Made by a program: the position numbers and the translations under genes | In this document: positions 57,706 through 64,000 of the stretch, one piece after another | How the letters are laid out: each line of letters begins with the position of its first letter | How positions within the stretch are numbered: position 1 is the first letter of the stretch | Origin: Microbacterium sp. | Lineage (GTDB): Bacteria > Actinomycetota > Actinomycetes > Actinomycetales > Microbacteriaceae | DNA: 64,000 nucleotides | Assembly: GCF_035554235.1 (NCBI RefSeq) | Contig: NZ_DATMIO010000177.1 | Coordinates: 11,632 to 75,631 of the forward strand | Direction of reading: 5' to 3' | The notes under the pieces: generated by a model | Told to the model about the DNA's origin: nothing | Seen by the model: only the letters and a program-made list of their open reading frames with translations | Database searches by the model: none

Positions 57706-58893
57706 TCAGCGGGGGACGCGATCGGCGAGCACGGTCAGGCGCCGATCGCCGATGCGCGTCAGGATGAGCGTCGCCTGCCCGGGCCCACGGAGCGCCAGGC
57801 GCTTCCGGAGGGCCGCGGGGTCGACATCCACCCCTCGTTTCTTGATCTCGAGCGTTCCGATTCCGCGCTGTCGCAGCTCCTTGGCGAGCGCCTTCACATC
57901 GCTCGGCAGCACCTCGCGCACCCGGAAGCTCGAGACGAACGGGCTCGTCAGGGCCGCATCCCCCGTCAGGTAGGCGATGCCGGGGGAGAGCATGCCGGCA
58001 TCGAGGGCGCGGCCGACCTCGCCGATGAGGCGGGCGCGGATGACGGAGCCATCCGGCTCGTGGATGAACGCGCCGAGCTCGCGGGGCTCCGCGTCGGGGG
58101 CGTCGTCGGCTGCGGTCAGTTCGGCCGCCTCGTCCCCGCGCACGACGAGCGCCGCCCGGCGCACCCCCGGCCGGGCGAGTGCGCCGAACCAGAGCGCAAG
58201 CTCGACGACTGACCCGTCGACGCTCACCCACTGCGCCTCCGCTTCGTCGGGCACGGCCGACCGATCGAACCCCGGACCGAGCTTGATCCCGAGCGGCCGC
58301 TCCGCGCTCAGCCCGAAGGCCCACTCCAGCGCGGGCGAGTAGTCCTCGCTGCGCGTCAGCCTCGTCGTCTCGGTGTGTCCCGCCGTCCGTCGGGCCGGAT
58401 CGAGCCACACCGCATCCCAGCCCGTGAGGTCGACATCCTCCGCCCGGGCGTGTCGCACCTGTGCGCCCGGGCGGAAGGGCGCGAGGTTGTACGCGGCCAT
58501 CGCGGCCGTCACCTCGTCGGCGTCGACGGCGAGCACGTCGAGCCCCACCCCGGAGAACCCCATCGCATCGCCGCCGATGCCGCAGCCGAGATCGGCGACG
58601 CGCGCGAGCCCGGCATCGCGGAATCGCCGGGCGTGGAGCGCGGCGACCGGAAGCCGGGTCGCCTGCTCGAGGCCGGACGCGGTGAAGAGCATGCCGCCGG
58701 CGAAGTCGCCGAACTTCGCCCGGGCCCTGGCCCTCAGCCGGGCCTGCCCGACGACGGCGGAGACGAGCTCGGGCGAGTGCCCGGCCGCGCGGAGGCGTGA
58801 CACCTCGTGCGCGACGTCCGCGGTCGCCGAGGTCTCATCGAGCAGCCGCAGACCATCGGGGGTCAGCAGCGCCACGAGCTCGGCCATCTCCAC
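57706..58893 (-). CDS. Class I SAM-dependent methyltransferase with THUMP-like C-terminal domain
   Basis: LEQATR, ADLGCGIGGD, WLDPARR, EIKKRGV; leaderless-type TAGGTT-N5-GTG start. Confidence 0.85.
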   Translation of the reverse strand: MEMAELVALLTPDGLRLLDETSATADVAHEVSRLRAAGHSPELVSAVVGQARLRARARAKFGDFAGGMLFTASGLEQATRLPVAALHARRFRDAGLARVADLGCGIGGDAMGFSGVGLDVLAVDADEVTAAMAAYNLAPFRPGAQVRHARAEDVDLTGWDAVWLDPARRTAGHTETTRLTRSEDYSPALEWAFGLSAERPLGIKLGPGFDRSAVPDEAEAQWVSVDGSVVELALWFGALARPGVRRAALVVRGDEAAELTAADDAPDAEPRELGAFIHEPDGSVIRARLIGEVGRALDAGMLSPGIAYLTGDAALTSPFVSSFRVREVLPSDVKALAKELRQRGIGTLEIKKRGVDVDPAALRKRLALRGPGQATLILTRIGDRRLTVLADRVPR

Positions 58894-58896
58894 TGT

Positions 58897-58945
58897 GCAA
58901 CCTAACCACGCCGGGCAACCTAACCACGCCGGGCAACCCGACCAC
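58897..58945. repeat. Tandem repeat 2 x 18 bp plus partial third copy
   Basis: GCAACCTAACCACGCCGG x2, then GCAACCCGACCAC; the unit contains the -10 hexamer (TAGGTT, minus strand) of the methyltransferase gene. Confidence 0.9.
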
Positions 58946-59094
58946 CCCCTCCCGCTAGGGGATCCGCACCACGAACCCCCGTATCGATCCCGCAGTTACC
59001 GGGAGGCATCCCCGATGTGGTGGCCGCCGCGCATTCGTACTGTGAAGCGAAACACAAACGTCGGGGCGAATCGCCCCGGGATTGGGAAGCGCTC

Positions 59095-59988
59095 ATGGCT
59101 ATCGAGATCGATGACATCGACGACTCGTTCAACTCGCGAGTCCGTGATGTGACGAACACCGCAAACAGCAACAACACGGCCAATCTCGCCGTGGACATCG
59201 ACGATGTCGGCAACACCGACAACTCTGTCAACGACAGTGGCAACCTCGACGTCGCCGTCGCGGACTCCTTCAACGAGGACTCCCACGACGTGGATGTCGA
59301 CACGGACGTCGACCTCGACGACTCGTTCAACGACAACTCGGACAACTCGACGGACGATGACACCGACAACTCGACCGACGACTCGTACAACGACAACTCC
59401 GACAACTCGACCGACGACTCCTACAACGACAACTCCGACCACTCGGTCGACGATCACTCGGTCAACGCCGGGGTGCGCAGTTACAGCACCGGTTTCAACG
59501 ACCTCAACCTCGGCGGGGCGGCCGGCGGCGGCGGAGACATCACGGTCGATAACCGCGCCACGATCGTCGACCAGTCGGTCAACGCGAATGTCGACGGCGG
59601 GGGAGCCTACGGGCACTACAGCCCCGACGCGGTGGTGGCCTCGGGCGATGACGCCATCGCGGCGGGCGACGATGTCGATCTCTACACGTATGTCGACAAC
59701 TCCACCAACATCTCCGGCGAAGGCGACGTGAACGTCGGCAACGAGACGGAGATCACGACGGTCGTCGACTCCTTCAACACGTACACCGACAACTCGACGT
59801 ACGAGGACAACTCGGTCGACGTCGACATCGAGGACTCGTGGAACGACGAGTCCGAGACCTGGACAGCGACGGACTCGTTCAACGAGACGACCGACCTGTT
59901 CGCCGACACGGACGTCGATGTGGACGTCAACGCGATCGTCGACAGTTCGGACTCGGCCATCGTCGAAGACCTGGACGTCAGCTTCTGA
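59095..59988 (+). CDS. Highly acidic Asp/Asn/Ser-rich DS[FYW]N-repeat protein, paralogue 1 (IniB position)
   Basis: GC-rich-type codon usage, GGGAAG RBS; 297 aa with 66 D + 11 E, 4 R, no K, no C (manual count); 8 DS[FYW]N motifs; no signal peptide visible. Confidence 0.85.
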   Translation: MAIEIDDIDDSFNSRVRDVTNTANSNNTANLAVDIDDVGNTDNSVNDSGNLDVAVADSFNEDSHDVDVDTDVDLDDSFNDNSDNSTDDDTDNSTDDSYNDNSDNSTDDSYNDNSDHSVDDHSVNAGVRSYSTGFNDLNLGGAAGGGGDITVDNRATIVDQSVNANVDGGGAYGHYSPDAVVASGDDAIAAGDDVDLYTYVDNSTNISGEGDVNVGNETEITTVVDSFNTYTDNSTYEDNSVDVDIEDSWNDESETWTATDSFNETTDLFADTDVDVDVNAIVDSSDSAIVEDLDVSF

Positions 59989-59999
59989 CCTCTCTGCGC

Positions 60000-60054
60000 C
60001 CGGTCCCGTCGGTGGCCGCCTACGGGACCGGGTCCCACTGCTCCCGTGGAGCAG
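60000..60054 (+). terminator. Hairpins between the two acidic paralogues (terminator or mRNA-stabilising)
   Basis: CCGGTCCCGT/ACGGGACCGG stem (60000-60031); CTGCTCC-cgt-GGAGCAG (60038-60054); no U-tract. Confidence 0.45.
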
Positions 60055-60090
60055 GCCCCCTGAACATCCGAGAGAAAGTGATACCCCCTC

Positions 60091-60993
60091 ATGGCTCTGG
60101 AAATCGATGACATCGACGACTCGTTCAACTCGCGGGTCCGCGACGTGACGAATACCACAAGCAGCAACAACACCGCGAACCTGGCGGTCGACATCGACGA
60201 TGTCGGCAACACCGACAACTCGGTCAACGACAGCGGCAACGTCGGAGTCGATGTCGCGGACTCCTTCAACGAGGACTCCCACGACGTGGATGTCGAGACG
60301 GATGTCGAGATCGACGACTCGTTCAACGACAACTCCGACAATTCGACCGACGACGACACCGACAACTCGGTCGATGACTCGTACAACGACAACTCCGACA
60401 ACTCGGTGGACGACTCATACAACGACAACTCCGACCACTCTGTCGATGACCACTCGATCAACGCCGGGGCTCGCAGCTACAGCACCGGGTTCAACGACCT
60501 CACCCTCGGCGGCGCCGCCGGTGACGGAGACGTCTGGGTCGACAACCGGGCCACCATCGTCGATCAATCGGTCAACGCGAACGTCGCCGCGCACGGTCCC
60601 GTGGGGGCGGGATCGGGCGCGGACGCCGTGGTCGCGTCGGGGGATGACTCGATCGCCGCGGGCGACGATATCGACATCGACCAGACCCTGGACGAATCGA
60701 CGACGATCACCGGTGGGGGCGATGTCAACGTCGGGAACGAGACGGAGATCACCACCGTCATCGGCTCCTTCAACACCTGGACGGACAACTCGGTCGAGAC
60801 CGACGGCTCCATCGAGGTGGATATCGAGGACTCTTGGAATGACGAATCCGAGAGCTACACGGCGGACAACTCGTTCAACGAGGAGCTCGTCTCGGTGAGC
60901 GAAAACGACTGGGACATCGACGCCAACGTCATCTGGGGGAGCGATGACAGCGCCATCGTTCAAGACGTTGCCGTGGATCTTCCACCGGCGTGA
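60091..60993 (+). CDS. Highly acidic Asp/Asn/Ser-rich DS[FYW]N-repeat protein, paralogue 2
   Basis: Collinear with 59095-59988 (near-identical N-terminal half, diverged C-terminal half); no K or C. Confidence 0.85.
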   Translation: MALEIDDIDDSFNSRVRDVTNTTSSNNTANLAVDIDDVGNTDNSVNDSGNVGVDVADSFNEDSHDVDVETDVEIDDSFNDNSDNSTDDDTDNSVDDSYNDNSDNSVDDSYNDNSDHSVDDHSINAGARSYSTGFNDLTLGGAAGDGDVWVDNRATIVDQSVNANVAAHGPVGAGSGADAVVASGDDSIAAGDDIDIDQTLDESTTITGGGDVNVGNETEITTVIGSFNTWTDNSVETDGSIEVDIEDSWNDESESYTADNSFNEELVSVSENDWDIDANVIWGSDDSAIVQDVAVDLPPA

Positions 60994-61141
60994 TCCGAGC
61001 GTGCTGACCCCGCAGCGGGACTCCGCGGCCTTGTGGCCCCGAACCGGTCGATCCGGTCCGGGGCCATCGGGCTGAGAACGACCAGGTGTGACGAGAACCA
61101 CGACACGACCGAAGGACACGACACGACCGAAGGAAGAGACG

Positions 61142-63034
61142 TTGAATCCGACCGCACGGCCCACCGCAATCGCCACCACCCCGCCGAGTCCTCAACCTCG
61201 AGGCTCGGACTCCGGGCCTGGCGCGTTCGACCTCGTCACGCTCGTGGAGAAGGCCAGGGGCCTCTCTCGAAGCCTGGGTCGCGCCGATCTCGTGAAACGG
61301 CTCGAGCAGACCCGTTCCCGGCTGGTCGATCCGCATGTGCGGGTGATCATCGTCGGTCAGTTCAAGCAAGGCAAGAGCAAGCTCGTCAACGCCCTGATCA
61401 ACGCGCCGGCGTGCCCGGTGGACGATGATGTGGCCACGAGCGTCCCGACGTCGGTGGGGTACGCGCAAGAGGCTTCCGCGGTCGTTCTGGTGCGCCACGA
61501 GAACGGCCCGGACGCCAGCATCGAGCGGATCCCGATCCCTCTCGAGAGCCTCGCGGAGTACGTATCCGAACGCGGCAGCCGTGACGACGAGCGCGACATC
61601 GTCGGAGCCGAGGTGCTCCTCCCGCGGGAGCTGCTCAAGGGCGGCCTGAGGCTGATCGACTCGCCGGGTGTCGGCGGCCTCGAATCGACACGTTCGCTGA
61701 GCACCCTCGCGGCCCTCTCGACGGCGCACGCCGTGCTGCTCGTGTCGGATGCCTCGCAGGAGTACACCGAGCCGGAGGTGCAGTTTCTGCGCCATGCGAT
61801 GCGCATCTCCCCCAACGTCGCCGCGGTCCTCTCCAAGACCGACATCTACCCCGAGTGGCGTCAGATCGAGCAGATCGACCGAACCCATCTGGGAGACGTC
61901 GGCGAGGTTCCGATCTTCGCCGTGTCGAGCGATCTGCGGATGCTGGCCGCCGGGCAGCAGGATCGAGACCTCAACGAAGAATCCGGCTTCCCTGCACTCA
62001 TCGCGCACCTCAAGCGCGACGTCGTCGGGCAGGCGGAGACCATCAATCGACGCGCCGCCGTGCACGATCTCGGATCCGTCGTCGACCAGCTGTCGATGTC
62101 GCTGCAGACCGAGCTGAACGCCCTCCTGCACCCGGAGGACACCCCGCGTCTCATCGCCCAGCTCGAAGAGGCCAAGAGCCGCGCGGACGAGTTCCGCAGC
62201 CGGTCATCGCGGTGGCAGGTCACCCTGAGCGACGGCATCGCCGACCTCATCTCCGACACCGAGCACGACCTCCGCGATCGGCTCCGCAAGGTGCAGCGCG
62301 AGGCGGAGAGCTCCATCGAAGAGGGTGATCCGGGCCCCATCTGGGACCAGATCGCCGAGTGGCTCGACGAGCGCGTGTCTGCGGCGGTGGCCGAGACCTT
62401 CGTGTGGACCAACGAACGATCCCAGTGGCTCGCCGAGCAGGTGGCGGTGGAGTTCTCGGAGGGGGAGTCCGCCATCCCGCTCATCGACGTCGCCGACACG
62501 GAGGGGCTGCTCGATCCGGTGGAGCAGCTGCAGAGCCTCGATGAGGGTCGGCTGGGTGCCGCCGAGAAGATCTACATCGGGGTGCGCGGTTCGTACGGCG
62601 GCGTCCTGATGGTCGGACTCGCGACGAGTCTCATCGGGCTCTCGCTCGTGAACCCCCTGTCGCTGCTGGCGGGAGTGATCGTGGGGCGTCGCGCCTATCG
62701 AGAAGACATGTCCTCGCGCCTCACCCGCCGTCAGCTCGAGGCGAAGAACCTCGTGCGCCGGCACATCGAGGATGTCGTGTTCCAGGTCGGGAAGCAGCTG
62801 AAGGATCGGCTGCGGTTCGTTCAGCGGGTGGCCAGGGATCACTTCGGCACCCTCGCCGACCAGCTCCACCGCTCGCTCTCCGACGCGGTCCTCGCCACCA
62901 AGCAGGCCGCCGCCACCTACACGGCCGACCGCGATGGGCGCGTCAGGGAGCTGCAGCTGCAGCTGCGACGGATCGAGGCGCTCCGCGACGAGATCCCCGA
63001 ACTGCTGGCGCTCGATGCGAAGGCCTCGCGGTGA
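61142..63034 (+). CDS. Dynamin-like GTPase, IniA-like (start 61142 TTG or 61088 GTG)
   Basis: G1 GQFKQGKS, G3 DSPG, G4 SKTD; coiled-coil stalk; hydrophobic hairpin GGVLMVGLATSLIGLSLVNPLSLLAGVIVG; 18-bp duplication of the RBS region at 61099-61134. Confidence 0.88.
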   Translation: MNPTARPTAIATTPPSPQPRGSDSGPGAFDLVTLVEKARGLSRSLGRADLVKRLEQTRSRLVDPHVRVIIVGQFKQGKSKLVNALINAPACPVDDDVATSVPTSVGYAQEASAVVLVRHENGPDASIERIPIPLESLAEYVSERGSRDDERDIVGAEVLLPRELLKGGLRLIDSPGVGGLESTRSLSTLAALSTAHAVLLVSDASQEYTEPEVQFLRHAMRISPNVAAVLSKTDIYPEWRQIEQIDRTHLGDVGEVPIFAVSSDLRMLAAGQQDRDLNEESGFPALIAHLKRDVVGQAETINRRAAVHDLGSVVDQLSMSLQTELNALLHPEDTPRLIAQLEEAKSRADEFRSRSSRWQVTLSDGIADLISDTEHDLRDRLRKVQREAESSIEEGDPGPIWDQIAEWLDERVSAAVAETFVWTNERSQWLAEQVAVEFSEGESAIPLIDVADTEGLLDPVEQLQSLDEGRLGAAEKIYIGVRGSYGGVLMVGLATSLIGLSLVNPLSLLAGVIVGRRAYREDMSSRLTRRQLEAKNLVRRHIEDVVFQVGKQLKDRLRFVQRVARDHFGTLADQLHRSLSDAVLATKQAAATYTADRDGRVRELQLQLRRIEALRDEIPELLALDAKASR

Positions 63035-64000
63035 AGCGCGGAGAACTCGACGAGGTCGGCGACCTGGTGGAGCTCGCGCGGGATCTCTACGGCGATGATC
63101 CCGCGGCGTCGGAGGAGCTCGACGCCTACAGCCGACGGCTGCAGGAGCCGCTGCGCCTCGCGGTCGCCGGGGTGGTCAAGGCAGGCAAATCCACCCTCCT
63201 GAACGCGATGATCGGCGAGCAGATCGCGCCGACCGACGCCGGCGAGTGCACGCGCACGGTCACGTGGTATCGCCACTCCCGCACGGCCCAGATCACCGTG
63301 CACAGAAGCGACGGCGGCGTGGAGCGGATGCCGGTGCGGCGCGACGGGAGTCACCTCGTGCTCGACATCGGCAACCTGACCGCCGACGAGGTGGAGTGGA
63401 TCGACGTGGCGTGGCCGGCGGAGAACCTTCGCTCCACGGTGCTCATCGACACCCCCGGTATCGCCTCGCTCTCGGTCGAGACGTCGGCGAAGTCCACGAG
63501 GTTCCTGACCCCGGAGAACACCCACTCGGCGGCGGATGCCATCATCTACCTTCTGCGCCACATCCACGCGGCCGATGTGAAATTCCTGCAGGCGTTCCGC
63601 GACACGGCCGCCGGGGCGTCCGAGACGGTGAACGCCGTGGCGGTGCTCTCCCGAGCCGATGAGATCGGCTCGGGCCGGATCGACTCGCTGCTCTCCGCCG
63701 CCCGGATCGCGGAGCGCTACCGCCAGGACGGCGAGCTGCGCGCCCTCACGCTCGGAGTGATCCCGGTGGCGGGGCTCGTCGCAGAGGGAGCGCGCACCCT
63801 GCGCGAGAGCGAGTTCATCGCGTTCCGCTCGCTGGCGGCTCTCGACCGGACGGTGAGGGAGCGGCTGCTCGTCTCGGTCGACAGGTTCACCCGTCCCACG
63901 AACGAGACGGCACTGAGTGTGGCGGTCCGGCAGGATCTGCTGCGCCGCTTTGGGATCTTCGGTGTGCGCCTCGGTGCCGCCCTCGTGCGTGCGGGCGCCG
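63031..64000 (+). CDS. Second dynamin-like GTPase, IniC-like (3'-truncated; absent from ORF track)
   Basis: GTGA overlap; VKRGELDEVG..PLRLAVAGVVKAGKSTLLNA (G1), LIDTPG (G3), LSRADEIG (G4); open to window end. Confidence 0.88.
   Translation, partial: MKRGELDEVGDLVELARDLYGDDPAASEELDAYSRRLQEPLRLAVAGVVKAGKSTLLNAMIGEQIAPTDAGECTRTVTWYRHSRTAQITVHRSDGGVERMPVRRDGSHLVLDIGNLTADEVEWIDVAWPAENLRSTVLIDTPGIASLSVETSAKSTRFLTPENTHSAADAIIYLLRHIHAADVKFLQAFRDTAAGASETVNAVAVLSRADEIGSGRIDSLLSAARIAERYRQDGELRALTLGVIPVAGLVAEGARTLRESEFIAFRSLAALDRTVRERLLVSVDRFTRPTNETALSVAVRQDLLRRFGIFGVRLGAALVRAGA

Noticed and set aside
59095-60993. Non-coding repeat, or the long antisense ORF 58996-60282 as the real gene
   Set aside because: The plus-strand frames have RBSs, strong third-position GC bias and synonymous divergence between paralogues; the antisense Val/Arg-rich frame is a mirror artefact

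Overview
High-GC actinobacterial chromosome segment; gene order and sequences look like Microbacteriaceae, probably Microbacterium (inference). The core backbone is map-dsbA-like-infA-rpmJ-rpsM-rpsK-rpoA-rplQ ... truA ... rplM-rpsI-glmM ... ppx-coaA-glmS-acpS-alr-tsaE-tsaB-rimI-tsaD, and four accessory blocks interrupt it. (1) 5.0-9.6 kb: an AbiEi-like/DUF559 nuclease gene bracketed on both sides by REPIN-like inverted-repeat doublets, plus a GNAT and an OafA/SGNH acyltransferase. (2) ~10.5-42.3 kb, between truA and rplM: a Wzx/Wzy-type surface polysaccharide cluster with ugd, galU, a priming transferase, several glycosyltransferases, 4 acyltransferase-3 genes, 3 pyruvyl-transferase-like genes, an FrhB-like Fe-S protein, a Walker-A-degenerate Wzc-like protein and several exported hydrolase/lyase-like proteins. 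(3) 45-48.4 kb: a DUF4062-STAND ATPase-TPR gene overlapping a multi-pass membrane protein gene. (4) 59-64 kb: two tandem paralogous, lysine-free, Asp/Asn/Ser-rich DS[FYW]N-repeat proteins followed by two dynamin-like GTPases (iniBAC-like layout). At DNA level there are GTAG-type REP-like elements, many short tandem duplications, a G-quadruplex-like spacer before tsaB, a 14-nt motif shared by the infA and rplM promoters, and a strongly over-represented octamer GGATGCCG/CGGCATCC. No rRNA, tRNA, CRISPR array, integrase or transposase was recognised. All calls come from visual motif recognition; no database searches were run.
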